Part shown: positions 23,430 to 32,514 of the stretch, piece by piece
How the letters are laid out: each line of letters starts with the position of its first letter
How positions within the stretch are numbered: position 1 is the stretch's first letter
NCBI GenBank assembly: GCA_965204535.1
Contig: CBDBEV010000001.1
Location: forward strand, 1,280,001-1,344,000
Length of the DNA stretch: 64,000 nucleotides
DNA from: a bacterium
Lineage (GTDB): Bacteria; UBA8248
Direction of reading: 5' to 3'
Program-made: the position numbers and the translations under genes
The notes under the pieces: generated by a model
What the model saw: only the letters and a program-made list of their open reading frames with translations
Told to the model about the DNA's origin: nothing
Databases searched by the model: none

Positions 23430-23961
23430 CGCGCAAACCCGGGCAGTTGTGGGCAAATGCGCGGGTTCCCAAAAAACTTTTTTTGCCGCTATATCTGAGT
23501 GTGATACGCTCAGATTTATGTGATAACCCCTTTTATTACAACCCTTTATCTGACCATCATTTTTCAGGAATTTATCGAAAAACCCCGTGAATTTATCGAA
23601 TTTTACGGGAAATATGATTATTTGCATTTCAACGTCCCCCTTGCATCCACGAACATGATTTCTCTCCTCAAAACGATTCGCGCCCCTTCCTGATGAGCGC
23701 GCGTGGGCGGCGATTGCCCCTTTTCTTCGCCGCGCGCACGATACCGGAATCCGCCATGTCAGAGAGTACGGCAATTGCGGGGAAATGCGGGGTGAGGGCT
23801 TGGTTGGAGAAAAGTCCATAACCCGACTTTTAGAATGCTTTTGAGAGAAATTGACGTTGTTGAGTTGGAAAGAGTGAAGGGTAAATCAAAAAACGGAGAA
23901 AATGATTTCCCGCCCGCCTCCGGTGGTTCACTTTTCGTGGTAAACGCATAGGGGTGTTGCG

Positions 23962-24633
23962 TCATCCACCCGCGAGCTTCGCGGCTTCACGAATCGCGTG
24001 GGTCAGGCGGCCTACGGTAGTCGAAGGGTTTCCGTATGGATTACCCCCCTGTTCTCGGTTTTCAAGCTGTCTTTTACTGCGCTCTTCGGCATCTTCGACT
24101 CGGGCGAGCATCTCGTCGCAGTCGGGCGTTTTTGCACCACTCATGTCATATTCCGGTCGCAGGGATTCAAGAATTTTTTGCATCTCATGGCGATCTTCGG
24201 CCCGGTCGTGATCAGTCTCGTGCAGAACCAGCCAAAGCTCGAAACATGGGTTGGAGCGGCCGACGTGGACGCCGCCTCGTTCGCAGAGCGCCACCGCTTC
24301 GTCGAAACGAGGATGCTCGTCTCTGTCGAATACCGCCCAGACCTGATCGTTTTCCTCGAACGAATCCTTTTTCCTGCGACTGCGTGGGTCGAGTCCCAGA
24401 GATCGTGCGAGTTTGACGGCATTTTCTGCGATGGTGTAGGGAACGCCTATAGCAGGGTTAGTTTCTACTTCTACTAGGGTGTCTCTATAGGCGCGTTTGA
24501 TCGCGCCGAAATAGGCTGGTTCCGTCTTCTTTCCCTCAAAAAACAGGATGAAGCGGCGTTTCGGTTCCTGTATATAGCGGCGACGCCTAAGGTTCGGGAC
24601 GTCGCGCCAAGCGGCCCTAGTTCGCCGCGCCAA
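23962..24633 (-). CDS. RloB family protein (AbiLii-like)
   Basis: EGKKTEPAYF, VWAVFDRD, SNPCFELWLVLH, NPSTTV; TTG start overlapping the upstream ATPase. Confidence 0.88.
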   Translation of the reverse strand: MARRTRAAWRDVPNLRRRRYIQEPKRRFILFFEGKKTEPAYFGAIKRAYRDTLVEVETNPAIGVPYTIAENAVKLARSLGLDPRSRRKKDSFEENDQVWAVFDRDEHPRFDEAVALCERGGVHVGRSNPCFELWLVLHETDHDRAEDRHEMQKILESLRPEYDMSGAKTPDCDEMLARVEDAEERSKRQLENREQGGNPYGNPSTTVGRLTHAIREAAKLAGG

Positions 24634-25897
24634 GAGTTGAACCAGTAGCCGTGATGGAATCGATGAAGGGAACTCCACCGTAGCGGCCCTGCAGATATCC
24701 CTTTTCGATATTATCGCCCTTGCGGGTTCGGATGTCGGTCAAGGGATAGAGTCGGGTAGCGCCTTCGTTGTCTTTTTCAATGAACCAGACCTCATCACGC
24801 CGGAGTAAGGATGATTTCAGCAAGTTGGTGTCGTGGGTCGTCGCAATGAGTTGCGCGCCTTTGGGATTGGTCTCCCGCGAGCAGAATAGTTTCAGCACAG
24901 CTTCAGCAGCTTGGGTGTGCAGGCTGGCGTCCAGTTCATCAATGAACAAGGGCGTGCCCTCGTCGAGCGCGCGAAATGCGAGAGCAAGCACGATCAATAA
25001 CCGCCGCGTTCCAGCGCTCTCACTGTCCAACTCGAGATAGAACGGCTCACTACCCTGCCCACGATGGGCGAGTTCGATGGTAACATGCTTATCTTTAACC
25101 TCCGGTGGTTCGGAGCCGCCTATCTTCTTGAACAACGTGAATAGTTCCCTTTGAATTCCTTGCATTTCTTCTGAAAGTTCGGATTCTCTTTGTCTGTAGC
25201 CGATGACCCCGGTATCAATCTTTCCAAGGAAGTCGATTACCCGGTCATCCTGTTTTTCCTCGGCCAATCGTGATGAAATCGCCTCCTCGGGGACGCCGAT
25301 GCTCCAGTCGGCGCGGAGGGATCTAAAGTACCCGAATACTTCTGAAAGCTGTTCGTGGCCGTTTTGGGCCGCCGCGGAAACGAACAGGCTATTGGGTCTC
25401 GTCAAGCCCGCGATGACTTTGTTTTGTCCCTTCAATCCGCGTCCGAAACGAAATTCATCCCCGGTGCGCTCGAACAACGTCTGGCGATGGGACTTGGGAA
25501 AGGCGTACAGCCATTCGGACTCGAACGCCGTATCTGAGACCTCGAAGCCGTAGTGGTGCCGCACGCCGTCGATGAGAAAATCGATATCGAAACGAGTCGG
25601 TAGCCGGGGGCCGTCGTCATCGAGCCTGAAAGGATGGCGCGGAACATCGCCATCTGCTTCCCAGTGGGTTTGTGAGTGCAACACCATGCCTCGCATGGTG
25701 CTTATCGCGTCAATGAGGTTGCTCTTGCCCGACGCATTTGCGCCGTAGATGACGACCGCCGGTAAAACCGAGCCACTCGGAGCCGCCGCGCAGTCGATGA
25801 GTTCTTCTTGCCGCTCTTTCAGCGAAGACGCTGCAAGCGACAATTCCTGGTAATCGCGGATGGAGAGATGGTTGGAGACGCCGAAGTGAAGCAACAT
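24617..25897 (-). CDS. AAA_21/ABC-type ATPase (RloA/AbiLi-like)
   Basis: YGANASGKSN Walker A, ESAGT signature, IDELDASLH, ATTHD, YLQGRYGGVP. Confidence 0.9.
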   Translation of the reverse strand: MLLHFGVSNHLSIRDYQELSLAASSLKERQEELIDCAAAPSGSVLPAVVIYGANASGKSNLIDAISTMRGMVLHSQTHWEADGDVPRHPFRLDDDGPRLPTRFDIDFLIDGVRHHYGFEVSDTAFESEWLYAFPKSHRQTLFERTGDEFRFGRGLKGQNKVIAGLTRPNSLFVSAAAQNGHEQLSEVFGYFRSLRADWSIGVPEEAISSRLAEEKQDDRVIDFLGKIDTGVIGYRQRESELSEEMQGIQRELFTLFKKIGGSEPPEVKDKHVTIELAHRGQGSEPFYLELDSESAGTRRLLIVLALAFRALDEGTPLFIDELDASLHTQAAEAVLKLFCSRETNPKGAQLIATTHDTNLLKSSLLRRDEVWFIEKDNEGATRLYPLTDIRTRKGDNIEKGYLQGRYGGVPFIDSITATGSTLGAAN

Positions 25898-26086
25898 GAC
25901 AATTATCTCCTTTTTTTGACGTTTAATATGCCAAGAAAAAGGTTAATTTGAGAAAATATAACATTTTGTCAAGTAAAATTGCAATATCTTTGCATCGAAC
26001 CTGCCCCTGCGCGCCTTCCTCGCGTTTTGGGTTCGACCCTCAAAGGGGAGTATTTTCGCCGACGACCGGAGAGGGATTTTGCTCTT

Positions 26087-26114
26087 GCAGGGACAGCTCG
26101 CGAGCCGCCCCTAC
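26087..26114. repeat. GYAG-type REP-like palindrome
   Basis: gcagggacagctcgcgagccgcccctac; degenerate version of 29047 copy. Confidence 0.55.
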
Positions 26115-26492
26115 GGGTTCAGAAATATCCGCGAGCCGACCGGGCGGACACTTCCGAGCTTCTTTTCCTCAGGAAGCTCGACGCCCCTGCAAAACCCTAC
26201 ACCCCCGTCACCCCTCAATATCCCGAATCCACCGGGGTCCGACGCTGTCGCCATACCCCCACCCGTTCGAAGCCGATCGAACATCTCAAGACCCGGGATC
26301 GGTGAGGAATGGCGGTTGCAGGGACAGGCCCTCCTCGGGGTTGTCCTGCCCTCCGTGGTTGTCCTTTGCAGGATGGTTGCCACCAGGACAGGCACGGCTA
26401 CGGGATCATCACGCCGCCGCCCGGACGCATGGTTTGCTTCTTCAACAACCCCGTCCGGGGGAAAGTGGAATGAAAACTTCTGAATCGGGAGG

Positions 26493-27287
26493 CTAGATCG
26501 AGAGCCAGCCGCCGTCGATCGCCAGCGTGTGGCCGGTCACCATCGAGGAGGCGGGGCTCGCGAGGTAGAGGATGCCGCCGGCGATTTCCTCGGGCTCGCC
26601 GAGCCGGCCGAGCGGCGTGCGCGCCTCGATCTCGTCCACGAGCTCGGGCCGCCGCCGGCGCAGGTCGGCGCCGAGTTCGGTGTAGAAGAAGGTCGGCGCG
26701 ATGGCGTTCACCCGGACCCCCCGGCCCGCCCATTCGGCGGCGAGCGAGCGGGTCATGTTGACGATCGCCCCCTTGGTCGCCTGGTAGGGGACGTGGGGAA
26801 TCATCGGGTTCGCCCGGAACCCCATGATCGAGGCGATCGAGACGATCCGCCCCTCCCCCTGGGCCAGCATGTGCTTCGCCGCCCGGCGCGCGCAGACGAA
26901 CGGGGCGGTCATGTTGATCTCGACCACCTCGTCCCAGTCCTCGTCGGGAAACGACTCGGCCGGTCCGGGCCGGATGATGCCGGCATTGTTGATCAGGATG
27001 TGAAGCCCGCCGAACTGCTCGGCCGCTTGGTCGATCACGGTGTCGATGCGCTTGCGGTCGGCAACGTCGAGCCGCCAGGACTCTGCAACTCCGCCGGCGT
27101 TGCGGATCTCCGCCGTGACCCGCTCGGCCGCGGCCGCATCGATATCTGTGACCGCGACATGCGCCCCCGCGCCGGCGAGCGCGAGCGCGGCGATTCGTCC
27201 CAGCCCGCCGCCCGCCCCGGTGACCAGCGCGCTGTCGCCGTCGATGCGGAACAGCTTGTCTATCGAAACCTCCCCGAAGCCCGCCAT
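26493..27287 (-). CDS. Short-chain dehydrogenase/reductase
   Basis: TGAGGGLG, NNAG, YQATK, IDGG. Confidence 0.93.
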   Translation of the reverse strand: MAGFGEVSIDKLFRIDGDSALVTGAGGGLGRIAALALAGAGAHVAVTDIDAAAAERVTAEIRNAGGVAESWRLDVADRKRIDTVIDQAAEQFGGLHILINNAGIIRPGPAESFPDEDWDEVVEINMTAPFVCARRAAKHMLAQGEGRIVSIASIMGFRANPMIPHVPYQATKGAIVNMTRSLAAEWAGRGVRVNAIAPTFFYTELGADLRRRRPELVDEIEARTPLGRLGEPEEIAGGILYLASPASSMVTGHTLAIDGGWLSI

Positions 27288-27668
27288 GGCCGCCTCCTTG
27301 AAGACCCCTCCGGTCCCGCATCCCCCCGCCGCTCGCCCGCGCGGTCGGGCACAGCGGGATTTGCGCCCACATACGCCCCCGCAGAAGCCGGTGTTGTTCG
27401 GGCTGATCCCGTCCTGCGCTGAACTCCGGGGCCGTATCGCCTCTCACCCTGACACTTCGGGATCGATTGAGCAAGGAGCAGTCTGGTGAGAGAGGAGCGT
27501 GACCCATTCGGGGAGTGGGGGTTTACGGGTTTTGAACGTCAGTCTGACGTCAATCACGACCGAAGGGGGGTGTTGAAAAACCTTCTCGGTTGGAATTGAC
27601 GATGCGTTTCGTGGGTGCTCCGATTCGGGCGTCGTTGCGGAGACGGCTGATGCGGTTCACAACGAAGC

Positions 27669-27800
27669 CGTCATTCCGGCGAAAGCCGGAATCCAGAGCA
27701 GACGGGGATACCGAATCGCAGCAAGGCCAAGAAAAACGATAAACCGAAAAGACAAATACAAAAACAAAGTCTCTGGATTCCGGCATGTGCCGGAATGACG
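27669..27800. repeat. MITE/REPIN-like element, copy 1
   Basis: Ends cgtcattccggcgaaagccggaatccag ... ctggattccggcatgtgccggaatgacg. Confidence 0.8.
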
Positions 27801-27879
27801 ATCAAAACCGCATTCACCAGTAGAGGCGGCCACCCGTGGCCGCTCGTATCGAATATGTCCATCCCCGTGGTTGCGCTTC

Positions 27880-27909
27880 GCAGGGACAGGCCCCCATGCC
27901 TGTCCCTGC
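27880..27909. repeat. GYAG-type REP-like palindrome
   Basis: gcagggacaggc-cccat-gcctgtccctgc. Confidence 0.65.
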
Positions 27910-28172
27910 GCACCCTTGCAACCCTTTTACTCTCTCCCCGTGATCGTTGAAAAAACCCCTTTTCAGGGGGGAGAGGGGGGTCATGCAGAGGCTATTTTCC
28001 GGCGTCCCTCGATACGCCCCTTGCGGGCCTACTCGGGATGAGGAGCGTTGTGAGATTCTCCAGAAGGGTGTCGTAGGGGCGCTTCGTGAAGCGCCCGTTT
28101 CTCCGGCAAGGGCCCGTTCGCGAACCGCTCCTGCGGATTCGATTGCTCAACCGCCTCCGCCCCCTGAGAAAC

Positions 28173-28664
28173 CTACCTGTCTATCGGGTCGCGCGGGTCG
28201 AACTCGCTTCCCCACACGCCGCGCCGGTATCGCTTGGCGAGGTTTTCGGCCTCTATCAGCTCCTTTCGGTAGCGCACGTTGGGGTGTTTCACGAGAGCGC
28301 GGCCCAGACCCCGCAGCACCACGAGCGCGTTCACGTGGCCGCCTTCTTCGAGGAAGACGTAGTAGAGGGTCTGTCCTGAGGCGTCCACGGGTTTTTCGTC
28401 GATTTCGAGGCTCACCGTCCGGTTCTCGATGAGGCGCTTCAAGTACGCATGGGCCTGGCTCGCGCCCGGCGCGCCGGGAGCGGGGGCGGACACGCCGATG
28501 AGGGCGGAGCGCAGCCCGCCGCCGAGTTGAAAGCTCGCCCCGTCGTAGACCTTGGTGACGCGCGCCTTGAGGCGTCTTCGGGCCTCGGCCCCCTGGGCCG
28601 GCGCGGGTGAACTCATCATAGCGGCGAGCGCGAGCGCGCACAGAAAGAGAGTCGGTTTTTTCAT
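28173..28664 (-). CDS. Secreted thermonuclease (SNase-like) family protein
   Basis: Signal peptide; V.KVYDG..F, LIGV.AP, VNA.VV..GLG, AE..AK...RGVWG. Confidence 0.8.
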   Translation of the reverse strand: MKKPTLFLCALALAAMMSSPAPAQGAEARRRLKARVTKVYDGASFQLGGGLRSALIGVSAPAPGAPGASQAHAYLKRLIENRTVSLEIDEKPVDASGQTLYYVFLEEGGHVNALVVLRGLGRALVKHPNVRYRKELIEAENLAKRYRRGVWGSEFDPRDPIDR

Positions 28665-28863
28665 CCTCGCCTCGTTCGTGTTTTATCGGGGACAGCCCCG
28701 GAATCCTTCGCGTTCCAGTGGAAATATCCGCGTCATGGGAGCTTGTTTATACCACAGGGCGAGGCGGTGCGCTGAACCCCGGCTAAGGAAGGAAGAATAG
28801 CGCGCCGAGGTTTTCCTCGTCCGCGGCAAACCCTCCCTCATCGGTCGAGACGAACCACCCCGC

Positions 28864-29011
28864 CGTCATTCCGGCGAAAGCCGGAATCCAGAACCGAGGA
28901 GAGGGAAGATGCGGTGGCGTTTGATTCCATTTCTCCATCGGTCGGATTCGGCAGCAAAAAATGAAAAGCGAAAAACAAAATCCCTGGATTCCGGCTTTCG
29001 CCGGAATGACG
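28864..29011. repeat. MITE/REPIN-like element, copy 2
   Basis: Perfect inverted ends cgtcattccggcgaaagccggaatccag / ctggattccggctttcgccggaatgacg; interior partly shared with copy 1 (aaaaacaaa). Confidence 0.85.
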
Positions 29012-29046
29012 ATGCGGTTAATTCCGGGAGGAAGGGAGGTCCCCTT

Positions 29047-29074
29047 GTAGGGGCGGTTCGCGAACCGCCCCTAC
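29047..29074. repeat. GTAG REP-like perfect palindrome
   Basis: gtaggggcggttcgcgaaccgcccctac. Confidence 0.8.
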
Positions 29075-29293
29075 TCCTTCCTGCAACTGCCGACGCCCGA
29101 GATGGCGGTCGCGCGCGTCGCGCAGCGCGTTCTTGAAGGAGGCCACGACGTGCCCGGTGAGGTGATCCGAAGACGGTTCGACGCCAGCCGGCGCAACTTC
29201 GAGCAAATCTATCGAGGCTTGGTCGACGGGTGGATTCTGTACGATAATTCGGGCGATGAACCGAAGCGACTGGCGGAGGAGTCGAGGGTATGA
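29072..29293 (+). pseudogene. C-terminal remnant of zeta-toxin-like/predicted ABC-type ATPase
   Basis: FLQLPTPEMAVARVAQRV.EGGHDVP.EVIRRRF...LVD.W.LYDNSG; no P-loop half upstream. Confidence 0.72.
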
Positions 29294-29508
29294 ATTCAAA
29301 AGGCGAAAGCCCGGCGCAAAAGCCTCGCGATCCTGACTTCGTCGGCGCCGATGCGGCGATGCGCCGTGCGGCCAAACGCGCGCAGTTGCGAGCGAAAGAA
29401 ACTGCTAAAATGGCCGCGGCGAACAAAGGAAGCGCCGGATCGGGCGAAATTCATAGAACGAACACTGGGCGCGACCCGCGCGAGCGAAGCCCCCGAAAGC
29501 CGGAGTGA
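29290..29508 (+). CDS. Small protein, putative antitoxin partner
   Basis: ATGA overlap with the remnant; DPDFVGADAAMRRAAKRA. Confidence 0.5.
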   Translation: MNSKGESPAQKPRDPDFVGADAAMRRAAKRAQLRAKETAKMAAANKGSAGSGEIHRTNTGRDPRERSPRKPE

Positions 29509-29555
29509 GACGGGTTGGCTCGGGCGATGGCGGCGGCGTCACCCGAATGCAACCA

Positions 29556-29582
29556 CAGGGACAGGTCGCGGCCTGTCCCTGC
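29556..29582. repeat. REP-like palindrome
   Basis: cagggacaggtcgcggcctgtccctgc, near-identical to 32240 copy. Confidence 0.65.
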
Positions 29583-29692
29583 AAGTTCCAGGGGCACGCC
29601 ACCATTCACGAACTTTGAGGCGAACCTGTGCGCCCCTTCGATGTATCCGGTTTTTCTCCCGCCTCCGCCCTCGTGCGCGGCCACGCTTTTGA

Positions 29693-29720
29693 TTGCGCAA
29701 GAGCGGTTATCGGCTATAAT
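29693..29720 (+). promoter_or_regulatory. Putative sigma70 promoter of the 29770 ORF
   Basis: TTGCGC-N16-TATAAT. Confidence 0.55.
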
Positions 29721-29769
29721 GGATGAAGTGGAAGCCGCCGAATGACGACGGACGAAACGGGGAAAGACG

Positions 29770-30057
29770 ATGACCACCTATGAATACCTCAACCTCATCG
29801 TCTCCTTTGGCGGTTTGGGGCTACTCTTTTACGGCATCCGCGTCATGGCGAAGAACGCCGATATGCGCGCGGCGGACTCCGAGCGCAAGCACAATGAGGC
29901 GATGACCGAATCCCGGCGCAGAGAGGAAGAGTCGTTGCGCAGGCACAACGAGACCATGACGTCACTTTCGCAAAGTAACGACGCGCTTCGCGAACTCATC
30001 GACGGACAGGCGGAAAGCCGCATGGCCCTGCGCGAACTCATCGAGCGAAACGGATAG
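29770..30057 (+). CDS. Small TM plus coiled-coil protein, distant relative of the 35.7-37.9 kb array ORFs
   Basis: MTT start, one TM, G[IL]R.M, RKHNEAM/RRHNETM, ends ALRELIERNG. Confidence 0.7.
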   Translation: MTTYEYLNLIVSFGGLGLLFYGIRVMAKNADMRAADSERKHNEAMTESRRREEESLRRHNETMTSLSQSNDALRELIDGQAESRMALRELIERNG

Positions 30058-30150
30058 TCAATCCCTCTTTCATCCGGCGAATATGACCCGGAGGGGCCAT
30101 ATGCATCCTTACTTGGATTGGCCGCCGACCTGTAACATTGGAGACGAATC

Positions 30151-30762
30151 ATGAAATGGACCATACTGATGCTTGCCGCGCCGCTTTTACTCTTCGCACA
30201 CGCCGCGAGCGCGCAGAATCTCGAAAAGGCGATCTTCGCCGGCGGCTGCTTCTGGTGCGTGGAGTCTGATTTCGACAAGGTGCCGGGCGTGGTCTCGACG
30301 ACTTCGGGCTATACCGGCGGCAGGACCAAGAACCCGACCTACAAGGAAGTCACCTACGGCGACACGGGGCACTACGAGGCGGTGGAGATCACCTACGACC
30401 CGGCGAAGGTCAGCTATGAGGCGCTGCTCACCGCCTTCTGGCACTCGGTCGACCCGACGGATGACGGCGGCCAGTTCTGCGACCGGGGCGATTCCTACAA
30501 AACAGCCATTTTCGCCCTGAACGAGAAGCAGCGCAAGGCGGCAGAGGCCTCCAAGAAGGCGGCGCAAGAGGCTCTGGGCAAACCGATCGTCACCCCGATA
30601 CTCACCGCCGCCACGTTCTATCCCGCCGAGTATTATCACCAGAACTATTATCAGAATAATTCGTACCGCTACCGCTACTACCGCTTCTCGTGCGGCCGCG
30701 ACAGAAAGCTCAGGAACCTCTGGGGCGAGCACGCCTTCAAGGGCATCCCGAAACTCAACTGA
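30151..30762 (+). CDS. msrA: Peptide methionine sulfoxide reductase A (exported)
   Basis: Signal peptide; AGGCFWCVE, GYTGG, GQFCDRG, AEYYHQNYY. Confidence 0.95.
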   Translation: MKWTILMLAAPLLLFAHAASAQNLEKAIFAGGCFWCVESDFDKVPGVVSTTSGYTGGRTKNPTYKEVTYGDTGHYEAVEITYDPAKVSYEALLTAFWHSVDPTDDGGQFCDRGDSYKTAIFALNEKQRKAAEASKKAAQEALGKPIVTPILTAATFYPAEYYHQNYYQNNSYRYRYYRFSCGRDRKLRNLWGEHAFKGIPKLN

Positions 30763-30801
30763 AGCCGCGCCGTTCTCGGTCGCGGCAAACGCCCGCTCAC
30801 C

Positions 30802-31090
30802 GGGGTTGTAGAAAAAGATATCTTTTCAGGGGCAGAGGGGACGCCCCTCGATTGGAAAACCAACCCCCCCTACCCCCCCTTGACAGGGGGGTATAAAAAG
30901 GCGATGCGCTCCCCCAGGTCGAGGGGTTTTTGCTTTTTCTTGCCCCCTGTCAAGGGGGGGTAGGGGGGGTTGACGTTATGGGATTTCCCTTTCAAGGGGG
31001 TTGCCATTACCCTCTCAGGGGGTTTTTCAGCAACCCTCACGAAGGGGGTTGGGGGGTTATTCCCTTGACAATGACTTTTTCAACAACCCC
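30802..31090. mobile_element. MITE-like element with internal G/C-tract palindrome
   Basis: Ends ggggttgtagaaaaag ... ctttttcaacaacccc; internal inverted repeat ~30862-30971. Confidence 0.6.
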
Positions 31091-31776
31091 TACGAGGCCT
31101 GGTTGCGCTCCAGCATGTCCAGCACGTCGTCCGTTTGCGTTATCCAGCCGAATTTCGATTCGAAGTTGTAGAGCGTCGCCTCGCGGGTGAAGTCAGGTCC
31201 CGTGTGATCCATTGCGTCCTCGACGAGAATGGGCCAGAACTCGCGGAAATAGGCTTCGCGCGCCGTGCTCTCCACGCAGACGTTCGTGGCCACGCCGGTG
31301 AAGAGGATGTGCCGGATGTCGAGGCCGTTCAACTGGTTTTCCAGCGTCGTTCCCGCGAAGCCGCTGTAGCGGGCCTTCTTCACCACCAGGTCGTCCGGCT
31401 CGGGCTTGAGCTCGTCGATGATCTCCCACCCCCACGTCCCCTCGATGATGAGCTTGTCGCGGTCCTCTGGGCGTTCCTCGATCATCTTGAACGCCATGTG
31501 CTTGCGGACGTTGGGCGACTGCGGCCCGCCGGCGTCGCTCAAGTCGGGCTTGTAGCCGAACTGGAGATAGATGACCTTCACGCCCGCCGCGCGCGCCGCA
31601 GCGAGCAGGCGCTGATGGGCCGCGATGACGGGGTTCGTGCGGGCCTCATCGATGCCCGTTCCCAAATCGAGCATTCCGCCCTTCTTGGCATAAGCGTTCT
31701 GCATGTCGACCACGATGAAAGCGGTTCGCCCTAAGTCGATCTCCACCTCCCGGGGCCGCGCCTTGAGGATGGCCAT
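31090..31776 (-). CDS. Isochorismatase/cysteine hydrolase family (RutB-like)
   Basis: VVDMQNAY, KARYSGF, GVATNVCVESTAR. Confidence 0.9.
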   Translation of the reverse strand: MAILKARPREVEIDLGRTAFIVVDMQNAYAKKGGMLDLGTGIDEARTNPVIAAHQRLLAAARAAGVKVIYLQFGYKPDLSDAGGPQSPNVRKHMAFKMIEERPEDRDKLIIEGTWGWEIIDELKPEPDDLVVKKARYSGFAGTTLENQLNGLDIRHILFTGVATNVCVESTAREAYFREFWPILVEDAMDHTGPDFTREATLYNFESKFGWITQTDDVLDMLERNQAS

Positions 31777-31983
31777 GCGTCTTCTCCATGAGTATCAGGG
31801 CAAAAATTTCTCCGATGCTTCTTTATAGCACACGGGGCGAAGCGATGCGCCTTTGGGGACAAATTCCGACCGAAGAGGAAGGAATTCTTTCGACGGGGGA
31901 GGGGCTGATGAAACACCTGGCATGTGACCCCTGCGAAGATCGCTTCCAACCGAGGAGAATCCCAAATCCACTCCCCTCTTGAG

Positions 31984-32159
31984 GGGGTTGTTGAAAAAGT
32001 CTTCATCGGGCGGATCTCTTGTGTAGGGGTCGCATATATGCGACCCGGCCTTTTTGCCTTCCAACGACGGGCCGCATATATGCGGCCCCTACACTCCCTT
32101 CGCCAAGGCGTAATCCCATTGCCGTCATTCCGGCATTGCAAGATTTTTTCAACAGCCCC
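31984..32159. mobile_element. MITE-like element enclosing a GTAG REP doublet
   Basis: ggggttgttgaaaaa ... ttttttcaacagcccc; REP pair 32023-32092. Confidence 0.6.
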
Positions 32160-32205
32160 ATATTCGTGTCCCTTTTTTCTGATTCTTGGATTCGCCGGAA
32201 TGACG
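32123..32205. repeat. Degenerate third copy of the cgtcattccggc element
   Basis: cgtcattccggc ... gccggaatgacg. Confidence 0.6.
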
Positions 32206-32239
32206 ATGTGATGAATTCCAAGGTGGGAGAGAACCCACG

Positions 32240-32267
32240 GTAGGGACAGGTCGCGACCTGTCCCTAC
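32240..32267. repeat. GTAG REP-like perfect palindrome
   Basis: gtagggacaggtcgcgacctgtccctac. Confidence 0.8.
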
Positions 32268-32514
32268 AGGTCAGAGACCCACACCACAGTTCGCGAACCG
32301 TGGAACGAAAACGCAGGTACACCCACGCTACCTGATTTGACCCATGAAAAGGCTACGAGAAACCAGTTGGCTCGACCTTACCCGCCCTTATGAAAGCCCT
32401 CTTCATTGCGGCTCACCTTCCTTGCCCCTACAATGTCAAACCCGACTGAGAAAGGAGGGTTTGCGTGATTCATATTGCCGGACAGGTTCGTAATTCGTTT
32501 GGGAGCGCAGGTTC

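Noticed and set aside
23430-23960. Replication origin
   Set aside because: AT-rich but no clear TTATCCACA box cluster and no dnaA context
25948-26496. ORFs in repeat-rich intergenic DNA (also 27550-28170, 30780-31090, 31790-32460)
   Set aside because: Translations of palindromic repeats without RBS or protein-like composition
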